Positions 1 through 7,897 of a stretch of 32,000 bases of DNA are shown one piece after another. The stretch is from the NCBI GenBank assembly GCA_003194425.1, contig PQXB01000004.1:12089-44088 (forward strand), in the 5' to 3' direction. This DNA is from Candidatus Methanophagaceae archaeon (GTDB taxonomy: Archaea; Halobacteriota; Syntropharchaeia; Alkanophagales; Methanospirareceae). Each line of letters starts with the position of its first letter. The first letter of the stretch is position 1. Below the pieces are notes generated by a model. The model was not told the origin of the DNA and did not search any database. It saw only the letters and a list, made by a program, of their open reading frames with translations. A program made the position numbers and the translations under genes.

Positions 1-1202
1 AACTCTTTGCCCCCCTTCCACCCCCCTCCTAACCGCCGCAGTCTCTCAACGAGTTCAGGACTCTGCCCGAGCAGCCTGACCGAAGTCCTCCAACTTTTCC
101 CTGCCACCGCGACCTGACTGCAAAGCCAGTAAACACTCGCAACTAATTCTTTGCCCCCTCCCCCTTGCTCTTCTTCTTCTCCTTCCCCACACTTCAGTAG
201 TCTCGCAACGAGTGCCGGGCTCTCCTCAAGCAGCCGAGCAGCGACAAAACCGTCGTCCTTGTTGACTTCACAACAAAGTTCCGCCAGCTGCTCCAAAGAC
301 TCGCACCCCACTCGCCCAACGAGTGCCGGACTCATTTCAAGTAGCCGAGCAGCGACAAAACTGTCCTCCCGCGCAACCCGACTGCAAAGTCCCACAACCT
401 CCTCTAAACCCTCGTACCCCACTCCCTCTCTGCCTACAAGTTCAGGACTCCACGCAAGCAGCTTGACCGCGGTTCCACCACTAAACCCCGCGACCTCACC
501 GCAAAGACCCGCCACCCTCTCCAACCCCTCGTAACCCACTCGGTCAAGGAGTTCGGGGCTCCGCTCAAGCAACGCAGCAACAAATCTTCGCTCCCTGCCT
601 CTGCCCCTACCCTCCCCGTCTTTACCAACCCGACTGCAAAGACCCGCAACCTTCTCCAAACCCTCGTAGCCCACTCGGTCAAGGAGTTCTGGACTTAGCC
701 CCACCAGCCGAGCAGCGACAAAACTGTCCTCCCGTGCGACCCGACTGCAAAGACTCGCAACCTTCTCTAACCCTTCGTAACCCACTCGGTCAAGGAGTTC
801 GGGGCTCCGCTCAAGCAACCTAATCGCAGTCCCTTCCCCTGCCTCCCCTACCTTCCCTACCTTACCTTCCTTTCCCACCTCCCCTGCCGCCCCTACCTCC
901 CTGGCGACCTGACTGCAAAGCCCGTAAACCTTCGCAACTAATTCCTTGCCGCCGTCTTTGTCCCCCTCTCCACACTTCAGCAACCTCTCAATGAGTTCTG
1001 GACTCTCCTCAAGCAGACTAACCGCGACCTGACTGCAAACACTCGCCACTTTCTCCAACCCCTCGTAACCTACGCGGTCGAGCAACGGACACAATTTACT
1101 GACCAACTTCTCAAGAATTTCACCCTCGTAATCGTAATTCCCGCCAAGCAATTTCCTTAATTTCCTCGCTCCAAGAGCCTTCTTGATAGAATTCCTCTCC
1201 AT
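1..1202 (-). CDS. Tandem-repeat protein, N-terminus complete, C-terminus beyond left window edge (>=400 aa); candidate partner subunit of the adjacent MoxR-class ATPase
   Basis: Absent from the supplied ORF track because it runs off the edge. Manual codon-by-codon translation of the minus strand from the ATG (complement of 1200-1202) to position 3 gives 400 codons with no stop. The product starts MERNSIKKALGARKLRKLLGGNYDYEGEILEKLVSKLCPLLDRVGYEGLEKVASVCSQVA. It contains at least 8 degenerate repeats with core LLExSPELLDRVGYEGLEKVAxLCSRVA. The start lies 12 nt after the stop of the ATPase gene (1215). Confidence 0.8.
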   Translation of the reverse strand, partial: MERNSIKKALGARKLRKLLGGNYDYEGEILEKLVSKLCPLLDRVGYEGLEKVASVCSQVAVSLLEESPELIERLLKCGEGDKDGGKELVAKVYGLCSQVAREVGAAGEVGKEGKVGKVGEAGEGTAIRLLERSPELLDRVGYEGLEKVASLCSRVAREDSFVAARLVGLSPELLDRVGYEGLEKVAGLCSRVGKDGEGRGRGRERRFVAALLERSPELLDRVGYEGLERVAGLCGEVAGFSGGTAVKLLAWSPELVGREGVGYEGLEEVVGLCSRVAREDSFVAARLLEMSPALVGRVGCESLEQLAELCCEVNKDDGFVAARLLEESPALVARLLKCGEGEEEEQGGGGKELVASVYWLCSQVAVAGKSWRTSVRLLGQSPELVERLRRLGGGWKGGKE

Positions 1203-1214
1203 TTTCTGCAGCCT

Positions 1215-2045
1215 TTACACCTCAAAATAGTTCTTAAGAATCTCCTCAATGCTCCTCTTTAGGTCGCTGTCGTGCGTCAAAGGCTCGGTCAGCGTCGAGA
1301 ACAACGCGTCCCTCGTCGGCACGCCGCTCTTCAGCAAAGTTGCCGCGTAGACAAGTTCTCGGGTAGAAACGCCCTCTTCGAGCCCCTGCTGAACGAGGTT
1401 TCGGATTTTGTTCGCCGCCCGCACTAACAGGGTCGCAACCTCCTCCTCAACGCCCGTCTCCTGCTTCACTATTTCTGTCTCCAACTCCTCGCAGGGCCAA
1501 CCAAGGGAAATGCTCACGAACCGCTGCCTCGTGCTCTGTTTCAACTCCTTCAAGACGCTCTGGTAGCCCGGGTTGTAGCTCACGACGAGCATAAAATCAG
1601 GGGGTGCGTAAAAAATCTTGCCCAATTTCTCAACGAGCAGAGACCTTCTGTAGTCAGTTAGCGGGTGAATGACGACCGTGGTGTCCTTCCTCGCCTCCAC
1701 TACCTCGTCCAAGTAAACGATTCCACCGTTCTTCACAGCCATCAAAAGCGGGCCGTCAATCCACTCCACCCCGTCACCTTTAATTATGTAGCGCCCCGTC
1801 AGGTCGTTCCCGCTCAAGTCGTCGTGGCAGGCAACCGTGTAGAGCGGCAGACCCAACTTCCACGCCAAATGCTCAACCAACCTCGTCTTCCCGCTCCCCG
1901 TCGGCCCCTTTAGCATTACAGGGAGTTTTTTCTCGTAGGCTGCCTCAAACAACGCAACCTCGTTGCCCTGCGGTAAGTAAAACGGCTCCTCTTTTACCTC
2001 AAACCCTCTGTCCTCGTATAAACTTGTCTCTTCTCTGTTTGGCAT
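1215..2045 (-). CDS. AAA+ ATPase, MoxR class, CbbQ/NirQ/NorQ/GvpN family
   Basis: 276-aa ORF. Walker A LKGPTGSGKTRL and Walker B-like GGIVYLDEV. The C-terminal block GVSTRELVYAATLLKSGVP...LTEPLTHDSDL resembles the CbbQ_C domain. SD-like AGGTGA lies 6 nt upstream of the ATG. Family call from motif memory only. Confidence 0.85.
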   Translation of the reverse strand: MPNREETSLYEDRGFEVKEEPFYLPQGNEVALFEAAYEKKLPVMLKGPTGSGKTRLVEHLAWKLGLPLYTVACHDDLSGNDLTGRYIIKGDGVEWIDGPLLMAVKNGGIVYLDEVVEARKDTTVVIHPLTDYRRSLLVEKLGKIFYAPPDFMLVVSYNPGYQSVLKELKQSTRQRFVSISLGWPCEELETEIVKQETGVEEEVATLLVRAANKIRNLVQQGLEEGVSTRELVYAATLLKSGVPTRDALFSTLTEPLTHDSDLKRSIEEILKNYFEV

Positions 2046-2051
2046 TTAGAT

Positions 2052-2864
2052 TCACCTAACCTCTCCAACCTCTCCAACCTCTCTAACCTCTCCAACCTCT
2101 CCAACCTCCCCCACCTCTCCAACCTCCCCCACCTCTCCAATCTTCCACTCCGCCTTCCGCAGAATTCCCCTCAGCGTCTGCACCTCCCTCGCAGTAAGCC
2201 CTGCCCTGCCTAGAATTCGCCGGAGCAGAAGCAGGGTCTTCTCCTTCTTGTGCTTCTTGTAGCCGATTTCGTCGAAGAACGACCTTGCGTGAGCGAAGAG
2301 CTGTTCTTTAGCCGCGGTAGTCGCTAATTCTGACGCTCCTGCTGGGGAAACTTCTCCGCCTCTCTCTCTCGCCCAGCTCAGTTCGTAAAGAAGCACCGCA
2401 ACCGCGTGCGAGAGGTTCATCGCAGGGTAGTCAGGACTCGTGGGAATGCAGACAACAAGGTCGCAAAGCCCAAGTTCCTCGTTCCGCAGCCCTGTGTCCT
2501 CCCTGCCAAAGAGGACTGACAGAACGCCTCCGCTACCAAATCCTTCAACCTTCTCTCTCAATTCTCGCAGCGAGAAGAAGGGCGTTCTGAGGTGTTTGTT
2601 CGGAGAGACGCCGTGCTTGGAGGTTGTGCCGACGACGGCAGCCGAGCCCGCAACCGCCTCCTGCACAGTGCCTACGACCTCGCACCCAGTCAGCACGTCG
2701 TGAGCGTGAGAGGCGACAGCCACCGCTTTCTCTCCTGCCCTTGGGTTAGGGGGGGCGGGATTTACCAAAAAAAACTCCGAGAACCCGAAGTTCTTTAGCA
2801 CCCGTGCTACTGCTCCAATGTTCTCCTCAAGCTTCGGCTCAACAAGAACCGTCCTTAACTGCAT
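2052..2864 (-). CDS. trmJ: SPOUT-class tRNA 2'-O-methyltransferase (TrmJ/COG0565-like) with C-terminal (GEV)n repeat tail
   Basis: VLVEPKLEENIGAVARVLKNFGF..LVNP, SVLFGREDTGLRNEEL and AMNLSHAVAVLLYEL parallel E. coli TrmJ blocks ([53 protein letters not shown]). I prefer the ATG at 2864 (MQLRTV...) to the track start at 2960. The 2865-2960 extension overlaps the 3' end of the radical SAM gene. Confidence 0.75.
   Translation of the reverse strand: MQLRTVLVEPKLEENIGAVARVLKNFGFSEFFLVNPAPPNPRAGEKAVAVASHAHDVLTGCEVVGTVQEAVAGSAAVVGTTSKHGVSPNKHLRTPFFSLRELREKVEGFGSGGVLSVLFGREDTGLRNEELGLCDLVVCIPTSPDYPAMNLSHAVAVLLYELSWARERGGEVSPAGASELATTAAKEQLFAHARSFFDEIGYKKHKKEKTLLLLRRILGRAGLTAREVQTLRGILRKAEWKIGEVGEVGEVGEVGEVGEVREVGEVGEVR
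2058..2138. repeat. 9-bp tandem repeat x9 (AACCTCTCC on + strand; GGAGAGGTT on coding strand), encodes (GEV)n tail of TrmJ-like protein
   Basis: Read directly: aacctctcc aacctctcc aacctctct aacctctcc aacctctcc aacctcccc cacctctcc aacctcccc cacctctcc. Confidence 0.95.
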
Positions 2865-2868
2865 AAAC

Positions 2869-2894
2869 TTTTTCTTAAAAATTTTTCTTAAAAA
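2869..2894. repeat. 13-bp perfect tandem duplication (TTTTTCTTAAAAA x2) spanning radical SAM stop / trmJ start junction
   Basis: Read directly at 2869-2881 and 2882-2894. Confidence 0.9.
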
Positions 2895-3834
2895 ATTTCC
2901 TCGTCGCCTCTTCAAGCCGGCGGCGGTACTCAGGGTCGTCTCCCTTACCCCGTACCGCACGAAGAATCTCTTCTCTCGTGCTTGATTTTGAGCGAGTGAG
3001 CCACGAGATTCGGTCTTCCTCCTGGTCTTTTATCGTCCGTCGCTTGAAGGTGAGGTCTGGGTAGACGGTTACCCAAGTCTCCTGTGCAGGCGGCGTGGGG
3101 TACTCGCGGTAGCAACTCCTGCTAATAATTGTGTTCGGGTGGTGCTTGGAGGCGAGTTCGTAGGCTCGCTCAATCTCCTCGATCGTCGGTCGCCTCGTGA
3201 CCTCCTCGAACGCGAAGGTCGGTGCAAATGGGTTTATTCGGTATTTTATCTCGTGGCTCACGCCCGACAGGAATTTCGCTATTTTTTCAATTTCGTCAGC
3301 CTCTACAATGCCTGGCATAAAAACCGTCTGAATTAGCAACTCCGTCCCCGCCTCGCTCAACGCCCGGACCGCGTTAAAGACAGGCTTGTTGGACTTCCCA
3401 GTGTACCACTCGTGAATCTCCTCCGAGAACGCTTTAATGTCAATGTGCGCCTCGGTCAAGCCCGCGTCCACCAGCTCGGCAGCAAAATCCCCTCTCTCTT
3501 CTCTCTCGCCTCCGCCGACTTTGTAACCGTTGGACATCAGAACAATCTCCTCAAACCCACGCTCCTTCAGCCCCCTTACGAGTGTCAGCAGAAAATCCCT
3601 GTCGAGCGCGGGTTCGCCGCCCGTAATCATCGCCTTGCTCGGAAGTTCTCCGTAGTGTCTGCGGCACGCCTGCTCTGCCCGCTCTAAAGTCTCCTCTGCA
3701 GTGAGCAGCGTCCCACCACCGTCTCGTGCAGGTCTGAAACAACCCCTGCACTGAAAATCGCAGCCGGTCAGCATAAACCAAACCCGCGGCTCAATCTCCG
3801 AAAGGGTAAAATATTGCACGCCTCTTTTTCCCAT
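2875..3834 (-). CDS. Radical SAM domain protein (specific function unknown)
   Basis: 319-aa ORF with C25-x3-C29-x2-C32 (CDFQCRGC) followed by ITGGEPAL (GGE SAM-binding motif). The C-terminal ~70 aa (ISWLTRSKSSTREEILRAVRGKGDDPEYRRRLEEA) are not recognised. Confidence 0.75.
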   Translation of the reverse strand: MGKRGVQYFTLSEIEPRVWFMLTGCDFQCRGCFRPARDGGGTLLTAEETLERAEQACRRHYGELPSKAMITGGEPALDRDFLLTLVRGLKERGFEEIVLMSNGYKVGGGEREERGDFAAELVDAGLTEAHIDIKAFSEEIHEWYTGKSNKPVFNAVRALSEAGTELLIQTVFMPGIVEADEIEKIAKFLSGVSHEIKYRINPFAPTFAFEEVTRRPTIEEIERAYELASKHHPNTIISRSCYREYPTPPAQETWVTVYPDLTFKRRTIKDQEEDRISWLTRSKSSTREEILRAVRGKGDDPEYRRRLEEATRKFFKKNF

Positions 3835-3868
3835 TTTTTACTACTCCTTATTTCCAAAGTATAAAAAC

Positions 3869-4255
3869 CTACAGCAGCCCCTCCTCCGCCAACGCCCGCA
3901 CCGCTCGGTCGCACGCGGTTGTAGCGTGCGAGACCGCTCTGCCGAGGCTTGCCTGCACCTCCTCAAAATCCACTGCTTCTGCTTCTACCCTTCGTCTCGC
4001 CTGCGCCAACTCTTCTTCTACCTGCCCGAACTCTCGCATTCCGGTCGCTCGCAACGCCATTCCCGTCTCAACGGACAGGCCGTCAAAAAAAGCACCCAAC
4101 ACCTTCTTCGCCCCCGCCAACTCCCCCTCTCTCCTCTCTTTCCCAGCTCGCCCCTCTCCCAAGGACTCTACAACCGCCAGCATTTTAGAGCAGATTATCA
4201 TCGCCGATTTTATCCGCTCCCCGAACTGATAATTTACTATCTCGTTTTTCCGCAT
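3869..4255 (-). CDS. Hypothetical small protein (128 aa, predicted mostly helical, A/E/R-rich)
   Basis: ORF co-oriented with its neighbours and 31-34 bp from each. No recognisable motif. The two + strand ORFs over it are P/S/L-rich shadows. Confidence 0.5.
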   Translation of the reverse strand: MRKNEIVNYQFGERIKSAMIICSKMLAVVESLGEGRAGKERREGELAGAKKVLGAFFDGLSVETGMALRATGMREFGQVEEELAQARRRVEAEAVDFEEVQASLGRAVSHATTACDRAVRALAEEGLL

Positions 4256-4286
4256 AAAAATAAATTCTGCTGAAGCTAATTATTTT

Positions 4287-4988
4287 TTATAAATATTCTT
4301 CCAACGCCTCCTTCAACGCCTCCGCGAGCAGCCTGCCCGCCTGCTGCATTATCGGTCGATCCGGCCCCATATAAGCCACGCACTCGTTGTCGTGCATCTG
4401 CCCAACCGCCTCCTCAAGCGACTTCAAATCTTCGTAGGACTTCCCCGCAAGCCGCTGTGCGATTTTTGACGCTGAGCCGCAGGGCGTGTCGCGGACAACT
4501 TTTACCCCCTCAATCAACTTGCTCTCCGCATTAACTCGGACTTCAAATTTAGGCTTGCCAAACAATTCAGCGAAAGATTTCACAATTTCATTCTCGCTCT
4601 CCCCCGGCTCCAGCAAGCAAAGAGGTTCAGGAAATTCAATGTGCACGCCCCTCTTCTTGAGCTCGCCTTCAATCGAGTACCTCCCCTCGGGAATCAAATT
4701 CGGGTCTTCAATCGGCCAAAGCACCGCTTTTGCTCCCGTCCTCTCGGCGATTATCGGCACGAGGTCGCCCGCTTTTGGCAACACCCCAAGCACCAGCAGA
4801 AGCTCGCACCTGGGCAGCGGAATGTCCAGCGGCATATCTTTCTCCGGCTCGTCAAGCGAGACAGACGCAACTTTCAGGTCGTAGAGTCCCACAATCCTGT
4901 CTGCGAGCCCGCTCTCGCTCGCGGTAAGGTGCTCGGTTACCAGCTCTCCAAACGAGCCGTGGTAAAGAATGTAAATTTGGTTGTTCAT
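4287..4988 (-). CDS. DUF166 (PF02593-like) family protein
   Basis: N-terminal IYILYHGSFGELVTEHL and the block VVRDTPCGSASKIAQRLAGK resemble the conserved PCGsT..vA..L.G region I recall for DUF166. The ATG at 4988 (MNNQIY) is preferred. The track start 5015 would overlap ilvE by 26 nt. Confidence 0.6.
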   Translation of the reverse strand: MNNQIYILYHGSFGELVTEHLTASESGLADRIVGLYDLKVASVSLDEPEKDMPLDIPLPRCELLLVLGVLPKAGDLVPIIAERTGAKAVLWPIEDPNLIPEGRYSIEGELKKRGVHIEFPEPLCLLEPGESENEIVKSFAELFGKPKFEVRVNAESKLIEGVKVVRDTPCGSASKIAQRLAGKSYEDLKSLEEAVGQMHDNECVAYMGPDRPIMQQAGRLLAEALKEALEEYL

Positions 4989-4989
4989 T

Positions 4990-5958
4990 TCATTCTCCTC
5001 GCTCACCGCCAGCACTCACCGGCTCCAGCCACCTCAAATATTTCTCCTCCCTCGCATTCACCACCTCAAAGAACTTCTTCTGAATCTTCGCCGTCACCCT
5101 ACCCCTCTTACCGTTGCCAATTTTCACGCTGTCAATTTCCCGGATCGGCGAAACCTCCGCTGCTGTCCCCGTGAAAAAGACCTCGTCCGCACTCAGCAGT
5201 TCCTCCTTCGTTACTGGCTTCTCTACCACCTCGTAGCCGAGGTCCCGCGCGAGTTCGATTACCGACGCCCTCGTGATTCCTGGCAGAATTGAAGACTCCG
5301 CTTCTGGCGTGTACAGCGTTGGCGTTGGCGTCGCACCCTTGACCGCGAAAATATTCTCGCCCGGTCCCTCTGCCACGAACCCTTTGTTGTCGAGTAGAAT
5401 CGCCTCGTCAGCCCCCCGCTCCTCCGCGTCCTGCACCGCCAAGAGCGAATTCAAGTAGTGTCCCGTCGCCTTTGCGGTAACCGGCAGTGTGTTGGGGTCG
5501 ATTCGTCGCCACGCCGAGAAGGTGCATTTTATCCCGTTCTCCAACGCCTCCTCGCCGAGGTAAGATCCCCACCGCCACGCTGCGACCGCACAGTCCACGG
5601 GGCAGCCCGCGGGGTTCACGCCCAAGTGGTGGTAGCCGTAGAACGCGATCGGTCGAATGTAGCACGCGTCGAGCCTGTTTAGACGAACCGTCTCTTTTAC
5701 CGCCGCTGTCAGCACTTCCCTTGAGTACGGAATTTTCATCTTGTACAACTCCGCTGACCTGTACAACCTCTCCAAATGCTCCTGCAGTCTGAAAATGAAA
5801 GACCCTTTCGGGGTTGCGTAGCACCGAATTCCCTCGAAGACGCCCGAGCCGTAGTGCAAGCCGTGCGAGAGGACGTGCACCCTCGCCTCCTTCCAAGCCA
5901 CGAACTCGCCGTTGAACCATATTTTCCCTTCTTCTGGTAGCCCCTCTCTCTCCACCAT
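4990..5958 (-). CDS. ilvE: Branched-chain amino acid aminotransferase (class IV)
   Basis: 322 aa. WFNGEFVAWKEARVHVLSHGLHYGSGVFEGIRCY, ILPGITRASVIELA and FFTGTAAEVSPIREID are typical IlvE blocks. Confidence 0.9.
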   Translation of the reverse strand: MVEREGLPEEGKIWFNGEFVAWKEARVHVLSHGLHYGSGVFEGIRCYATPKGSFIFRLQEHLERLYRSAELYKMKIPYSREVLTAAVKETVRLNRLDACYIRPIAFYGYHHLGVNPAGCPVDCAVAAWRWGSYLGEEALENGIKCTFSAWRRIDPNTLPVTAKATGHYLNSLLAVQDAEERGADEAILLDNKGFVAEGPGENIFAVKGATPTPTLYTPEAESSILPGITRASVIELARDLGYEVVEKPVTKEELLSADEVFFTGTAAEVSPIREIDSVKIGNGKRGRVTAKIQKKFFEVVNAREEKYLRWLEPVSAGGERGE

Positions 5959-6056
5959 CTCTCTCCTTTCTCCTTTCTCTTCTCCGCCTCGCCTTTCTCT
6001 TCTTTTTCCTTTCTCTTTTGAAAAAATTATTTATCTTTGCGTGTGCATAAAATATT

Positions 6057-6980
6057 ATGCAGTGGGTTGCTCTCGCTTTTTTGGCTTCGATTTTAGGTGC
6101 CGTCGTCGTGCTAGTCGACAAGTTCGTGCTGACACACCACATTAAAGACGCCTTCTCCTACCAAATCTTCCTCACACTCACACAAATCCCTCCTGTTTTA
6201 GCACTCTTCGCTCTCGCCTCTCCTCATTTTCAGGTTCAGAACTACGGCTCGTTTTATCTCACGACACTCGCAGTCGGCGTGGTTCTTGGACTGGTCTTCG
6301 TCCTCTACAACAAGGCACTTCTGGTAGAGGAGGTCTCGAGAGTAATTCCGCTGTTTTACCTCTCGCCGCTCTTCGTGCTCTTTTTCTCGTCGGTATTTCT
6401 CGGCGAGAGCCTGTCTCTGAGGCGGTATTTCGGCGTAGGACTGCTGGTCTTCAGTGCCGCCTCCGTCTCCTTCAAATTCAAATCCCTCCCCAAATCTAAC
6501 TCCAACCCCTTCTCCTTCTCGCCCGCTCTCTTAATGATTTTATTTTTGGACTTAATCATAGCAGGCAAAGATGTGCTCGCAAAATTCCTCTTCTCTTACA
6601 TTGACTTCTGGTCCTACCTCTTCTGGCTAATTCTCGGCAACTTTTTAGGCAGACCGCTTTTCCTGCTCCTGCCAGGCACTCGGCGAAGATTTGTTGCAAA
6701 TATGAAGTCGCTCCCCGCGGGAATAATTCTGCTCTGCTTTCTCAATTGTTCGCTTGCTTGCGTGAGTTATGTTTTGTATTTCAAGGCGATTTCTCTGACT
6801 TTTGTCTCACTCGTGAGTGCGATTCTGTCAGTTCAACCGTTTTTGGTCTTCGTCTTCGCCTTGCTGCTCGGCGTTTTTTATCCGGGTTTGTTGAATGAGA
6901 GTGTAGAGTGGAGGGGGGTTGTTGTCAAAGGAATCGCAGGCGTTACGATTCTAATCGGCACTTATTTGATTATTTCTTGA
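6057..6980 (+). CDS. Polytopic membrane protein, DMT/EamA-like permease
   Basis: 307 aa and about 10 hydrophobic segments arranged as two halves. There is no diagnostic motif, so the family call is tentative. Confidence 0.5.
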   Translation: MQWVALAFLASILGAVVVLVDKFVLTHHIKDAFSYQIFLTLTQIPPVLALFALASPHFQVQNYGSFYLTTLAVGVVLGLVFVLYNKALLVEEVSRVIPLFYLSPLFVLFFSSVFLGESLSLRRYFGVGLLVFSAASVSFKFKSLPKSNSNPFSFSPALLMILFLDLIIAGKDVLAKFLFSYIDFWSYLFWLILGNFLGRPLFLLLPGTRRRFVANMKSLPAGIILLCFLNCSLACVSYVLYFKAISLTFVSLVSAILSVQPFLVFVFALLLGVFYPGLLNESVEWRGVVVKGIAGVTILIGTYLIIS

Positions 6981-7897
6981 CTCTTTTTTCGGGAGAGGCA
7001 CGACTGGTTGTTTATTTTTGTCTTGAGTACCCTCCCCGCAATTCTGCTCCCTAACTCGCTCCACGCCTCTCGCAATTCCGCCCCTGCCCCCTTTTGCCCC
7101 GCCTCCGCCTCTTCCCCAACTAAAGCCACAAACGACGGTCCTGTCCCCGACAAGCTCACACCCTTCACGCCGCACTCCAACGCCCTCAAAATCGGCTCTG
7201 GGTCGAAGTTCAACGCCGCGCAGTACAGAAACCCGTTTAGCGTCATCGCCTCCTCGAACCGCTCTTCCAACGCCAGGTCAAACGCGAGGCTCACCCACGG
7301 AGCGACCAGCCTCGACCGTTTCACATTCGTCTCCGCGGTGAACGCCTTCTCCTCGGGAACGAGAAAGAGAACCTCGGAGTCCCGCTCCACCTGTTTTAGC
7401 AACGCCTGGTTTCTGTTGTCTGTTACCACGAACCCGCCGAGCAGGGAAGCACAGGCGTCGTCAAAAGCCCCTGTTACTGAGACACCGACATCCAGGGCAG
7501 CCTCAACGCCAAGCCTCACCGCGTCTAACGCACTCGTCTCCTTCAGTCTGCCCGCTGCGTCCAGAGTAGCGACCACCGCCGCGTTTGCCGCTGCACTGCT
7601 GCTCTTCAGCCCGCTTCCAACTGGGACTTCGCTCCTCGTCTTTACAAAGCCACGCAACGGCAGACCGAACTTCTGCAGCACCAACTCCACGCACCGCTCG
7701 ATCAATTTCGTGTCTCCTACTCGGCTCTCTCCCGCCACCTCCATTTCCGCGGTGACACCTCTAAAATCGTCGCCAATTTCCACCTCCGCCTCCGTCCACA
7801 AGTCAATGCCAAAAGCCGAGCCTTTGTAGGTCGCAACTGCGTTTACTACCGTCCCCGCACCGCTGGCTCTTCCACGCCCTTTCCCTTTCGCACTCAT
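6962..7897 (-). CDS. aroK: Shikimate kinase, archaeal GHMP-kinase type
   Basis: GTVVNAVATYKGSAFGIDLW matches the N-terminal block of MJ1440-type shikimate kinase. GHMP motif PVGSGLKSSSAAANA is present. The start ATG overlaps the upstream gene's stop (ATGA at 7894-7897). Confidence 0.85.
   Translation of the reverse strand: MSAKGKGRGRASGAGTVVNAVATYKGSAFGIDLWTEAEVEIGDDFRGVTAEMEVAGESRVGDTKLIERCVELVLQKFGLPLRGFVKTRSEVPVGSGLKSSSAAANAAVVATLDAAGRLKETSALDAVRLGVEAALDVGVSVTGAFDDACASLLGGFVVTDNRNQALLKQVERDSEVLFLVPEEKAFTAETNVKRSRLVAPWVSLAFDLALEERFEEAMTLNGFLYCAALNFDPEPILRALECGVKGVSLSGTGPSFVALVGEEAEAGQKGAGAELREAWSELGSRIAGRVLKTKINNQSCLSRKKSQEIIK

Noticed and set aside
151-534. 127-aa + strand ORF (S/P/T-rich), and the 434-682 minus ORF
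   Set aside because: The first is antisense and the second out of frame relative to the 400-codon repeat-protein ORF. Their low-complexity composition is typical of shadow ORFs.
100-1100. Regularly recurring motif (GACYYGACTGCAAAG...) at roughly 110-170 bp spacing, superficially like a CRISPR array or a non-coding satellite
   Set aside because: The spacing is irregular and the 'repeats' are degenerate. The whole region is one uninterrupted 400-codon minus-strand reading frame with a sensible protein-level repeat, so these are coding repeats.
1-2045. Gas-vesicle interpretation (GvpN-like ATPase plus GvpC-like repeat protein)
   Set aside because: No gvpA, gvpF, gvpL or other gvp genes are nearby. 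The ATPase tail looks CbbQ_C-like. The repeat has conserved Cys and no resemblance I can see to GvpC 33-aa repeats.
2865-2960. N-terminal 32-aa extension of the TrmJ-like ORF in the track
   Set aside because: It overlaps the 3' end of the radical SAM gene. The conserved SPOUT N-terminus begins right after the internal ATG at 2864.
5408-6142. 244-aa minus-strand ORF
   Set aside because: It is out of frame within ilvE and runs through the ilvE leader. The R/G/E-rich composition comes from the GA-rich leader. IlvE motifs are in the other frame.
7008-7829. 273-aa + strand ORF
   Set aside because: Antisense shadow of the archaeal shikimate kinase gene. S/T/A/P-rich with no motifs.
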